DNA of 47,396 nucleotides, from assembly GCA_013205435.1 (NCBI GenBank), contig JABMMX010000211.1:1-47396 (forward strand), given 5' to 3'. The stretch's first letter is position 1. Every line of letters starts with the position of its first letter. The DNA comes from Deltaproteobacteria bacterium (GTDB lineage Bacteria > Myxococcota_A > Bradymonadia > REDH01). This document shows positions 9,118-17,574 of the stretch, one piece after another. Under the pieces are notes generated by a model that saw only the letters and a program-made list of their open reading frames with translations, had not been told where the DNA came from and did no database searches. Position numbers and translations under genes: made by a program.

Positions 9118-11151
9118 ATGCGTAGCGTTGCCTGGCTCTCCCTTCTCGCCATCCTCCCCATCACCAGCGTCGCCCACGCCGACGAGGGCGCCGTAGCCGA
9201 AGAATTGGTCACGCCCGAGATTCCGACGGCTCCGCCGACAACGCCTTCGATTGAGACGCTCAAGCCGGTGATGCGGACCAAGGCCTTCGAGAGCTACGCC
9301 GCCCAGAACCCCGCCGGCACGGGCACCGGCGCGCCGGCTCCGGCCTTCAACCTCATCACCGAGGACCAGCTCGCTGCTCCGTCGACCAGCTTCCCCTACG
9401 TGGAATGGCACGGCTACTTCCGCTTTCGGGCCGACGCCTTCTCCAACCTCGACCTGAACACCGAGGGCACCAGCCCCATCCTGCCGCCCGTCGAAGCGCT
9501 CCTTGGCAACTCGAACGTGCAGAATGATCCCGTCGAGGTGAACGACGAGAACGGCAACAAGGTCGACCTTACAAAGTATGCCGACAAGGATGCCGAGCTG
9601 CTCGGCGGCGCCAATGTGCGCCTCCGGCTCCGGCCTATCTTCCACCTCACCGAGGATGCCCGGATTCATCTCGAGATGAACATTCTCGACAATGTGGTAA
9701 TGGGCTCGACCCCCGACGGCTACGACTCCAACAACCTCGACTTGGTCCGTACCGACCTTCCGCTCGTCGGCTTCTCGGGCACGCAGGAGCCCCCGACCGA
9801 GTCGAACTCGGGCAAGACCTCGGTTGCGGTTACGCAGGCCTACGGCGAGGTGAAGACCTTCATCGGTTCGCTCCGTCTGGGTCGCATGGCCTCTCAGTGG
9901 GGCCTCGGCATGCTTGCCAACGGCGGCGGAAACTACTCCTCCATGACCGAGCAGCGGCTCTCCTACCGCGGCAGCGCCCTTGCGGGCCACTCCTGCCTCG
10001 ATTGCGACTACGGCGACTACGTTGACCGGGCGATGTTTGTAACCCGCGTGCCCGGCTTCTACCTGGCGCTCGGCTGGGACTACAACTCCTCGGGCGCGAC
10101 GACGCAGAAGTCGATCGACTACTTTGGTCAAGCCGCAGACCTGTCGCAGGATGACGATGTGACGAGCTATGTCGTCTCGCTCTTCAGCCGCCCGCTGCAG
10201 CCTGCCGACGTGGCAGAGCGCAACCGGCTCCTCAAGGAGCTCCGGGCGCCGGCCTTCGACTACGGCCTCTACTACGTCTACCGCGAGCAGGCGCTGAGCT
10301 CCGAAGCCGGTGCCATCGAAGGTGCAAACGGCGTCGATAACGCTCTTCTCGACGACACCTGGATCGCGCGTGGTGCGCAGGCCAACATCTTGGACTTCTG
10401 GTTCCGCTACACCTCGGAGCCGCGCGCCATGGAGCGCATCCGCTTTGAGCTCGAGGCCGCGGCCATCAAGGGAAGCCTCGGGAATGCGGGCCCCGAGAGC
10501 AACACGCCAGCCAAGCCCCGCGACATCGACCAGCTCGGCGTCGCGATGGAGTTCGACTACAGCAAGGGTGCGATGGCCACCGGTTTCAACGCGGGCTACG
10601 CCTCGCCGCGGACCATCGAGAAGTGCGACCCGGCGAACCCGGCCGGTTGCAGCCAGATCTCCGCCTTCGCCGTCAAGGACGAGTGGCAGATCAGCGACCG
10701 CGAGCCCAACCTGACCAACTTCCGCTTCGACCGGAACTACTTCATCGACATGATCATGTTCCGTGAAGTCATCGGCGCCATCACCAACGCCTATTACATC
10801 AACCCCTACTTCTCGTTCGACTTCCTCGCGAAGCAGAACGATATCCTTGGCGCCCGATTTGACCTCATCGCAGCCACGGCGGTCGACTCGGAGCTGACGC
10901 CGTCTGGCGAGGGCTTCTACGGCGTCGAGGCCGATGCTGCGCTCTACTACCGCGAGCCCCGCTACAGCGCCGACCTCTCGTTCGGCTACTACGTGCCTGG
11001 CGCCGCCTTCAACGGCAAGACAGGTCGCGAGCGGCTGGACTCCGTTGTGGCTATCTACGAGGGTCGCGACGGCTTCGCCTCGACCTACGGCTCCGATGTG
11101 ACCGCCGGCAATGCTTGGACCGTCCAGTCCAAGTTCAACTGGGCCTTCTAA
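9118..11151 (+). CDS. Putative outer-membrane beta-barrel protein
   Basis: ORF 9076.. trimmed to the ATG at 9118 (MRSVAWLSLLAILPITSVAHA|DEG signal peptide), with GGAG 9 nt upstream. Alternating beta-strand-like segments are rich in Y/F/G/N. The C-terminal ...SKFNWAF ends in Phe, as expected for BAM substrates. It may belong to a Myxococcota-restricted OMP family (TIGR04551-like), but I cannot verify that. Confidence 0.7.
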   Translation: MRSVAWLSLLAILPITSVAHADEGAVAEELVTPEIPTAPPTTPSIETLKPVMRTKAFESYAAQNPAGTGTGAPAPAFNLITEDQLAAPSTSFPYVEWHGYFRFRADAFSNLDLNTEGTSPILPPVEALLGNSNVQNDPVEVNDENGNKVDLTKYADKDAELLGGANVRLRLRPIFHLTEDARIHLEMNILDNVVMGSTPDGYDSNNLDLVRTDLPLVGFSGTQEPPTESNSGKTSVAVTQAYGEVKTFIGSLRLGRMASQWGLGMLANGGGNYSSMTEQRLSYRGSALAGHSCLDCDYGDYVDRAMFVTRVPGFYLALGWDYNSSGATTQKSIDYFGQAADLSQDDDVTSYVVSLFSRPLQPADVAERNRLLKELRAPAFDYGLYYVYREQALSSEAGAIEGANGVDNALLDDTWIARGAQANILDFWFRYTSEPRAMERIRFELEAAAIKGSLGNAGPESNTPAKPRDIDQLGVAMEFDYSKGAMATGFNAGYASPRTIEKCDPANPAGCSQISAFAVKDEWQISDREPNLTNFRFDRNYFIDMIMFREVIGAITNAYYINPYFSFDFLAKQNDILGARFDLIAATAVDSELTPSGEGFYGVEADAALYYREPRYSADLSFGYYVPGAAFNGKTGRERLDSVVAIYEGRDGFASTYGSDVTAGNAWTVQSKFNWAF

Positions 11152-12697
11152 GACACGAGCGTCTGCTCCTTCAAGGATCCCCTCCATTCCGCTCCGCAAC
11201 AGCACCCTAGGTGCCATTCTCGCAGCCTCCCTCACCGCCACAACCGTGGGGTGCGCAGGCGCCGCGAGCGAGTCGGGTGCTGGAGCCGCCTTCATGAACG
11301 GGGCCGACGAGGCCGAGTTTCAGGAAGGGCTGACCGCGCAAGAGGCCGGCAACCAGGCCGAGGCGGAGCGTCGCTTCAAGCGGGCCCTCGCGGCCAACCC
11401 CAACTACCTCTCGGCGCGGATTTCACTGGGCAACCTGCAACTCGCACAGGGGCGCAATGAGGATGCCTCCGCCACCTTCGACACCGCGCTCGCCTCGCGG
11501 GCCAGCTCCGTCGATGCCCAACTGGGGGCTGCCGAGGCGCGGCTACGCTTGAACCGTTGCGACGAGGCGACAGCCCTGAGCAAGCAGGTCGTTGCGCAGG
11601 GACCGCGCGGCGCAACGCCCGCCCAGCTCTCAACGGTCCTGACCTTCATCGGCCGCTGCATGGTGACGCAGGGGCAAGGCGATGCTGCCTCCAGTTTTCA
11701 AGAGGCCATTGTCGCCAACGGCTCGAACACCGAGGCGCGCCTCGCGCTGGCTGAACTGCTCATGGCCACCGGCACCTCGACCGATGTCGTGAACGCGCTC
11801 GCCCGCGCCGCCGATTATGAGCGCAAGCCGCTCTACCTGCTTCGCATCGGACGGATGATGACGTCAGTGCATCAGGCGCGACGGGCCGTGACCGTGCTCA
11901 CCCGGGCCCAACAGTATGCGCCGGGCGACGCGGAGGTCGCTGTGGCCCTGGCGCAGGCACAGCTCGATGTCGGCGATGCCAACCTCGCGCTGCAGACACT
12001 CTCCGATGTCTCGACGCGCTCGGGCGAGCTCCTGCCGGCGCAGGTGCTCATGGGGCGCGCGGAGCTCCTTGCGGGGCGCGTGGAGGCCGCGCAGCGGCTT
12101 GCCGATGCAACCTTGGCTACAGACCCTGCGCAGCCCGACGCCCTCTACCTCATGGCCCTGCTGCAGCTCGGACATGACGACAAGGTCTCTGCGGAGAGAA
12201 CGCTTCGTAAGGCCCTCGCCACCGCCCCCAAAACGGTGGATGCACGGACCAAGTTGGCCGAACTCTGTGCGGCGCGGTCGGCTTGGGGCGAGGTTGCAGA
12301 CCTCCTCGAGGCCGATGCCGAGCGGGCCTGGGCGCCCAGCGCGTGGACCGAACTGCTGTTGCAAGCATACCAGGAGGGTGGTCGCTTCGACCTGGCCCTT
12401 CCCATGCTCTCGCGTCGCGCCAACGAGAGAGGGAGCGACCCCGACGCGCACGCTGCGGTTGTGGAGCTTGCTTTGGCGCGTGAAGGCATCCTTGAACCCG
12501 CCTCGGTCGTGGCTCACGCGCAGGCAGCATTCGACAAGAGCGGAGGCAGTCTGCCCCGCTACCGTCTGGCCCTCGTCGATGCGCTGGCTGCCGCAGACCG
12601 GGTTCGCGAGGCGCTCGCCATCGTTGAGGCGGGACTCAAGGCCCTGCCCGGCAACCGCGACCTGCTCGCCCGCAAGCAGGCGCTGCAGAAGCGCTAA
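11111..12697 (+). CDS. TPR-repeat lipoprotein
   Basis: Lipobox-like LTATTVGC|AG sits after a basic N-region, followed by multiple TPR-like A/L-rich repeats. The only in-frame ATG/GTG/TTG that keeps the signal peptide is the ATG at 11111, which overlaps the upstream gene by 41 nt. Confidence 0.65.
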   Translation: MLGPSSPSSTGPSKTRASAPSRIPSIPLRNSTLGAILAASLTATTVGCAGAASESGAGAAFMNGADEAEFQEGLTAQEAGNQAEAERRFKRALAANPNYLSARISLGNLQLAQGRNEDASATFDTALASRASSVDAQLGAAEARLRLNRCDEATALSKQVVAQGPRGATPAQLSTVLTFIGRCMVTQGQGDAASSFQEAIVANGSNTEARLALAELLMATGTSTDVVNALARAADYERKPLYLLRIGRMMTSVHQARRAVTVLTRAQQYAPGDAEVAVALAQAQLDVGDANLALQTLSDVSTRSGELLPAQVLMGRAELLAGRVEAAQRLADATLATDPAQPDALYLMALLQLGHDDKVSAERTLRKALATAPKTVDARTKLAELCAARSAWGEVADLLEADAERAWAPSAWTELLLQAYQEGGRFDLALPMLSRRANERGSDPDAHAAVVELALAREGILEPASVVAHAQAAFDKSGGSLPRYRLALVDALAAADRVREALAIVEAGLKALPGNRDLLARKQALQKR

Positions 12698-12720
12698 CCG
12701 CGCCGCGGAAAGCCGTTAGA

Positions 12721-13584
12721 CTACTTCGGCGAGGGGCCGGACCAGCCGCGGAGCGCAGCCACGCGGGACGCCCTCTGTTCGGAGGGAGGAGTCGTCATCT
12801 TGTGGCCGAAGGCGGCGGCATCCCACGAGCCATACTGCGGGTTCGGGAGCGGAATCCAACGGCTCCCCCACCAGCCAAGATAGGGCTGAGCGAGTGCGTC
12901 ACGCTCGGCAATCGCCAGCGAAATGCCATCGAGGAAATCGCCGAAGTTATCGCCGACAAGCATCACGATGCGGAACCGCTTTGCGACCTCGAGACGACGC
13001 GACCCCTTGTCAGAACCCCAACCCGGCTGCTCCTTCTTGAGCAGTACCGCGTCGACGCCATCGGCCTCCACAATCGGCACGCCGACCGCTTCGAGATTGC
13101 GCCGTGTTGCGGCCTCGCAGGATGCATCACGATTCGAGATGTAGACTGGCGTGATCCCCTGGGCCACGGCGCCGAGCAGGAACTCACGGGCGCCGGGGAT
13201 GAGGATGGCCTCACCCGCATCACACCAGGCAGCCCAGGTCTCGGGGGCATAGCTCTGCCCCGTCTTGATGAGCCAGACCTGGTAGGCGCTGTTGTCGAGG
13301 ACGGTCTCGTCGAGATCGAGCACCACGGCGGGAGGGAGAGAGGCCGCAGTCGTCTGCTCCACCGCCGCAAAGACGGTGGGGTCAGCGGCGAGGCTCGGAA
13401 GCGCAGCAGCAGCCTGAACAAAGGCAGCCCTGGTAACCGCTGCGAACTCCACAGAGGTCTGGGTCCAGAGGAGCGAAAGCGTGCCGTCAGCCTGGGAGGG
13501 CGCGGGCGGCACAACAGCCTGCTGCGGTGCGGCACAGGCCGAGAGCGAAGCGGTCGTGAGCAGCAGGACGAGCAGGTTGCGCAT
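12721..13584 (-). CDS. Class C acid phosphatase / 5'-nucleotidase, lipoprotein e(P4) family (HAD superfamily)
   Basis: Lipoprotein signal MRNLLVLLLTTASLSAC. HAD motif I VVLDLDETVLDN. ISNRD and the C-terminal GDNFGDF are characteristic of e(P4)/class C phosphatases. The start lies 2 nt after the stop of the upstream PLD gene. Confidence 0.85.
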   Translation of the reverse strand: MRNLLVLLLTTASLSACAAPQQAVVPPAPSQADGTLSLLWTQTSVEFAAVTRAAFVQAAAALPSLAADPTVFAAVEQTTAASLPPAVVLDLDETVLDNSAYQVWLIKTGQSYAPETWAAWCDAGEAILIPGAREFLLGAVAQGITPVYISNRDASCEAATRRNLEAVGVPIVEADGVDAVLLKKEQPGWGSDKGSRRLEVAKRFRIVMLVGDNFGDFLDGISLAIAERDALAQPYLGWWGSRWIPLPNPQYGSWDAAAFGHKMTTPPSEQRASRVAALRGWSGPSPK

Positions 13585-13586
13585 GG

Positions 13587-15551
13587 CTAGGGGGCTCCGA
13601 CGCCGGAGGAACGGAAATCGGCCGTTTCGGGCGCGATGAACTCCCCGCCGCTGTTGGGCTCGCCGGGTGTTGCGATGATGTAGGACTGGAAGGCGGCGTT
13701 AACGTTGGCGCCGCCCGTCGGGGCGCTGCAGGCGCGCCAGGCTGAGGACGAGTCGCCGGCGGTGAAGCGGTCACACGGTCCCGTTGCCGACGAGCAGTCA
13801 TTGTGGATGCGCTCCATCGAGATGTTCCGCGCCGGGGTGCCGGAGGCTTCGCGACCGCCATAGAAGGCGGGGCCGCCGTCGCCGGCCCGGTCGAACTCAG
13901 TGCCGCGGGGGTCGAGCAGCCGGAGCCGGAAGTCGAGGTTGTGGAGCGACAGCCGCAAGAAGCGCGGGTCGTTGGCCACGTTCATGATGAAGTCGGCGTT
14001 GCGATAGGCCGAGACCTCTGTCTGCGGGACGCCGTCCTGAAAGGGCGCCATGTTGTGGTCAACCACAAGGAAGCGCTCGCGCGGTCCGATGATGGTTCCC
14101 GGGTAGAAGCCCAGCACAAAGTCCTCGTCCGTGGCGACGGTCCAGAGCGAGATATCGATGGCCTCGTCGGTCGTGTTCAAGAGCTCGATGAACTCGTCAT
14201 TATAGACATCGTCGCCACCGGCGTCGGTGGGGTCAATGGTGCCGTTGTAGCCATCCCACTGGATCTCGTTGAAGATGATGTCGCCGGCCGCGAGCGAGGT
14301 GCCATCGCCAGCATATCGGTTGCCCGCCAGGTCACCCTCCGCGTAGAGTTGCTCGAACTGCTCCACATAGAGCGCAGTCAGTCGCTCGCCGTGAAGCACG
14401 AGAAGGGTCTCGTCGTTCGAGCCGGTCGCGCTTGACGACCAGTTGAAGGAGCCCGTGCAGACCTTCGCCGTCGGCAGGCCTCCATCTACAACAACCGTCT
14501 TGTCGTGCTGTCGAGCGCCACCGGCCTGATAGTCGCCAGGCTGGCCGGCGTTCTCGTTGCCGTCGAGGACGACATCGACGCCCGCGGTCAGCAGCCGGTA
14601 GAACTCGTGGTAGGGCCCGTTGGAGTGCAGCTGCGACCGATCGACAACGCCCTGGACCACCCTCCGCGCGAAGGGCGCAGTGCCGCAGGCGTGAAGCACG
14701 CGGTGTGCCTCGGCCGCGCCGGCCTGCCCTGCCCCATCGACCAGCACGGGGTTGAGCGCAGGATCGCAGAACTGGTTGTAGGCCGAGAACTCACGGTGCT
14801 TGGCGATGAGCGCCGAACCCACCGAGTCTTTCGTGAAGGCGAAGATGAAGAAGCGGACCGAGCCCTGCGCGTCGTTGATGGTCTGTAGCAGGCCACCAAG
14901 CGCATCTTCCTGCGGCGCGAAGCGGACCTCCACCCGGGTGTCACCGACGTTGTAGCTCTCGCCATTTTCGAGCCTGACCTTGGCCGCCCCGAAGCGGCCT
15001 GCGAACATCTGGTCGAACTCGGCCGTGAAATCACGCGCGACGGCCGGCGAGTCGATGATGACCCAGGCGTTGTTGTCGCGGTCGAAGCTGTTGCTGGTGA
15101 TGTTGCCGGTCCCCACAAACACACGCTGTCCATCGACGATGAAGAACTTGTTGTGCATGATGTGGTTCTGGTTTCCGGCCTGCATCGGGATGTTGAGCCG
15201 GTCCATGTCGAGGTAACCGCCAGTGTAACCGGTGTTGCTCTTGGCATCGCCGACGACACGCACGCGGACGCCTCGATTGTGGGCGCGGATGGCGGCATCG
15301 ATCACGGTTCGGCGGCTGAAGCCGTAGACGGCCATGTCGATCGAAACGCGGGCGCGGTCGAGGGTCTGCACCAACACGTCGTCGGTGTTGGCATCGGAGC
15401 CGGTCTCGGTACGGGTGGCCGGGCTGTTGAAGTAGACATCGATCTGCGAATTGGCCGCCTGCGCGACATCGGCCTCATCAGGCGCGATGGCACAGGCTGC
15501 GAACAGCGCGAAGAGGGGCGCAATCAGCGCGAGGATTCGTCGATGATCCAT
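13587..15551 (-). CDS. Secreted phospholipase-D-superfamily enzyme (two intact HKD motifs, nuclease-like) fused to a C-terminal lamin-tail domain
   Basis: Signal peptide MDHRRILALIAPLFALFAACA. HKD-1 is H133-N-K135-FFIV-D140 ...GTGN. HKD-2 is H349-D-K351-TVVV-D356 ...GSFNWS. The C-terminal ~230 aa match the LTD pattern (IIFNEIQW...DEFIELLNTTDEAIDISLWTV...ISMERI). Confidence 0.8.
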   Translation of the reverse strand: MDHRRILALIAPLFALFAACAIAPDEADVAQAANSQIDVYFNSPATRTETGSDANTDDVLVQTLDRARVSIDMAVYGFSRRTVIDAAIRAHNRGVRVRVVGDAKSNTGYTGGYLDMDRLNIPMQAGNQNHIMHNKFFIVDGQRVFVGTGNITSNSFDRDNNAWVIIDSPAVARDFTAEFDQMFAGRFGAAKVRLENGESYNVGDTRVEVRFAPQEDALGGLLQTINDAQGSVRFFIFAFTKDSVGSALIAKHREFSAYNQFCDPALNPVLVDGAGQAGAAEAHRVLHACGTAPFARRVVQGVVDRSQLHSNGPYHEFYRLLTAGVDVVLDGNENAGQPGDYQAGGARQHDKTVVVDGGLPTAKVCTGSFNWSSSATGSNDETLLVLHGERLTALYVEQFEQLYAEGDLAGNRYAGDGTSLAAGDIIFNEIQWDGYNGTIDPTDAGGDDVYNDEFIELLNTTDEAIDISLWTVATDEDFVLGFYPGTIIGPRERFLVVDHNMAPFQDGVPQTEVSAYRNADFIMNVANDPRFLRLSLHNLDFRLRLLDPRGTEFDRAGDGGPAFYGGREASGTPARNISMERIHNDCSSATGPCDRFTAGDSSSAWRACSAPTGGANVNAAFQSYIIATPGEPNSGGEFIAPETADFRSSGVGAP

Positions 15552-16723
15552 TGCGCGACCTGCCGGAGGAGGGGGTGATTGGAGGTGCTCTGTTCCGCGA
15601 TGGCCCAGGCGTTGCTGTCGAAGAAGGTGTCGCAGGGGCGCGGCTCAAGGCCGGCTGCGCCCGTAACGTAGGGGATGGTCTCGATGAAGGGCTGGCTCGG
15701 CACGAACATGGTCGCCGGCCCCTGGGTGCCGTCGAGCGCCGAGGGCTCCGCATCGATGATAAGAGCGTTGAAGCCCACATTGGGGCGCCGGACCACCTTG
15801 GCGTTGGGGCTCGGCGTATTGGGGTCTGCGATGCCGCCCTCGAGCCGGCTCACGCGGCTGCCCACGGCATCTGCGCCGCCTGCATCAACGACTACCTTCA
15901 CCGTGAAACCTGCCGCAGCCTTGTAGCGGAGGGCGTCTACGAGCTCTTTGTTGTAGAGGCCGCTCGTCGCCAGATAGACCGAGGAGCGAGCCGCGTAGAT
16001 GCGGTCGATGGCCTCCTTGATGATCGGCTCCTGCGGCCCGAACCAGGTGGAGAGCACCGAGCCGTCCTGCATCGGCATGCGGGTCCGGTTGTTGGTATTG
16101 GAGGGCATCGGCTCACCGTAGGAGGTGACCGTGGTGGCGAAGACGCCGCCAAACATCTGCTGGAAGGCGCCCGTGAAGTCCTTCGCGAGATCTTCGGAGG
16201 TCATCAGGTTGTAGAGCTGCGCTCGGACGCCGCTGGCGATGACCGGGCCGCTTGAGGCGACGAAGACGGTCGCGCCGTCAACCACCATGAAGTTGTGCGA
16301 CATGCGGTTGTCGTCGCTGCCACGCAACATGGAGATGCTCGGCGAGGGAGTCCAAGCCAGCTGGCCATCGCCGAAGGCCATCGGTATCCTAGCGGCCCGG
16401 AGTTTGGTGAAGCCTGCCTCTCCGCGGCGATCTTCGTCGCCCACAACGCGAACCGCTACACCGCGCGCTGCGGCAGCGATGATGGCCTCCGCGGATTTCT
16501 CATCGTCGAAGCCTTCCACGGCCAAGTCGATGGAGCGCTTGGCAGCGTTGACCTGCGCGATGAAGACCGTCTGCACGGTAAGCGCCGCCTCCGCAGAGGT
16601 TGCGGGCGGAACGAAGGTGACCGCGTAGCGATCAAAGAGCTCCGCTTCGGCCGGCGGGGCATCCTGCGCGCAGCCCCAGAGCGCGACGCTGAACAACAGC
16701 GAGGTAACAAGGTTTGGTCTCAT
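15524..16723 (-). CDS. PLD-like lipoprotein with both HKD motifs degenerate (probably non-catalytic)
   Basis: Lipobox FSVALWGC. The two-lobe PLD-like layout resembles the downstream gene. Motif 1 reads SHNFMVVDG...ASSG (Lys missing, one residue shorter). Motif 2 reads GFNALIID (His to Gly, Lys to Asn). The 3' end overlaps the next gene by 28 nt. Confidence 0.65.
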   Translation of the reverse strand: MRPNLVTSLLFSVALWGCAQDAPPAEAELFDRYAVTFVPPATSAEAALTVQTVFIAQVNAAKRSIDLAVEGFDDEKSAEAIIAAAARGVAVRVVGDEDRRGEAGFTKLRAARIPMAFGDGQLAWTPSPSISMLRGSDDNRMSHNFMVVDGATVFVASSGPVIASGVRAQLYNLMTSEDLAKDFTGAFQQMFGGVFATTVTSYGEPMPSNTNNRTRMPMQDGSVLSTWFGPQEPIIKEAIDRIYAARSSVYLATSGLYNKELVDALRYKAAAGFTVKVVVDAGGADAVGSRVSRLEGGIADPNTPSPNAKVVRRPNVGFNALIIDAEPSALDGTQGPATMFVPSQPFIETIPYVTGAAGLEPRPCDTFFDSNAWAIAEQSTSNHPLLRQVAQWIIDESSR

Positions 16724-16724
16724 C

Positions 16725-17567
16725 TCAATCCTCCGCGCCAGAAGAGATGATGCCTGCGTAGTCCGGGCTGTTCGGCAGTCCGGGCGTGGCGAAGGTGAGA
16801 GGCCGGTAGGCCTCGGCGATGTTCACACGGAGCGCATCGTGAAGCCGCGGACCGGTCGCCGGTGCGAGGTCGAAGTCGTTGCCCGAGTAGGAGTGCCAAC
16901 TGCCGTCGACGCTGCCGGAGTTTCCAAAGAGGCTCTGCGAACGCTCCATGGAGCGAGCCGTGACAAGGTCCCAGGAGCCGGCAAAGCGCTCCTTATGCAG
17001 GTCGCCCATGCCTTCGATGATCCGCTCGTCGATATCGTAAAGGTCGATGGAGAAAGCCCCGTCGGGGAACTCCAGGTCGGGCACGAGGTAATCGGCCGTG
17101 GGGAAGGCGCCGTCGGCCCGCACAGCGATGACTGCATACTCATTGGGCTGTAGCGGGCGACCGCTCCGCGGGGCGGGCAACACGTAGGTAACCGTCGCAT
17201 CGGTGCGGAACAGGTAGTCATCCGGGAGCCGGTCGCGGTTGGGCGACGAACGGACCGTGATGCGCCAGCCCGTGAGCCAGATGGGACGCGGGTGCTTGTT
17301 CTGCACCTCGATGAAGATGTCGTCGGCGTAGTGAACGCTCGCCGAGAGCGGCCCCTCTACAGAGCCGGCCCAGTTCACCTCGGAGATCATCATGTTACCG
17401 CGCTCGCCACTCGACGTGTAGGAGGCGCTGCCTTCGCTGTCGGTGACGCGCACGCCTGACCGATAACCGACCGAGAAGCCGCTCGTCTCCTGGCGGTTAT
17501 CGAGCGAGCAGCCGGAGCTCAGAAGACCGAGGCTGAGCAGCGTGAGAGGTAGGGACTTGGTGAACAC
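16725..17567 (-). CDS. Lamin-tail-domain (LTD) lipoprotein
   Basis: ORF 16725..17606 trimmed to the in-frame GTG at 17567 (VFTKSLPLTLLSLGLLSSGC lipobox), leaving 7 nt after the upstream stop. LTD pattern: MMISEVNWAG...DDIFIEVQNKHPRPIWLTGWRITV...SIDLYDIDERIIEGM...SMERS. Confidence 0.7.
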   Translation of the reverse strand: MFTKSLPLTLLSLGLLSSGCSLDNRQETSGFSVGYRSGVRVTDSEGSASYTSSGERGNMMISEVNWAGSVEGPLSASVHYADDIFIEVQNKHPRPIWLTGWRITVRSSPNRDRLPDDYLFRTDATVTYVLPAPRSGRPLQPNEYAVIAVRADGAFPTADYLVPDLEFPDGAFSIDLYDIDERIIEGMGDLHKERFAGSWDLVTARSMERSQSLFGNSGSVDGSWHSYSGNDFDLAPATGPRLHDALRVNIAEAYRPLTFATPGLPNSPDYAGIISSGAED

Positions 17568-17574
17568 AGGCGCC

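Noticed and set aside
8950-11295. A 781-aa ORF on the minus strand.
   Set aside because: It is antisense to the well-supported outer-membrane protein gene. Its composition is rich in Arg, Gly, Ala and Val with no motifs, which is typical of spurious long ORFs in high-GC DNA. The same applies to 13..810(-), 23331..24068(+), 24471..25445(+), 25364..26479(+), 43049..44080(-), 45494..46717(-), 38951..40639(+) and similar entries.
12698-12720. The short palindrome CCGCG-C-CGCGG between the convergent TPR and e(P4) genes, considered as a terminator.
   Set aside because: The loop is only 1 nt and there is no T-tract, so it cannot form a credible terminator hairpin.
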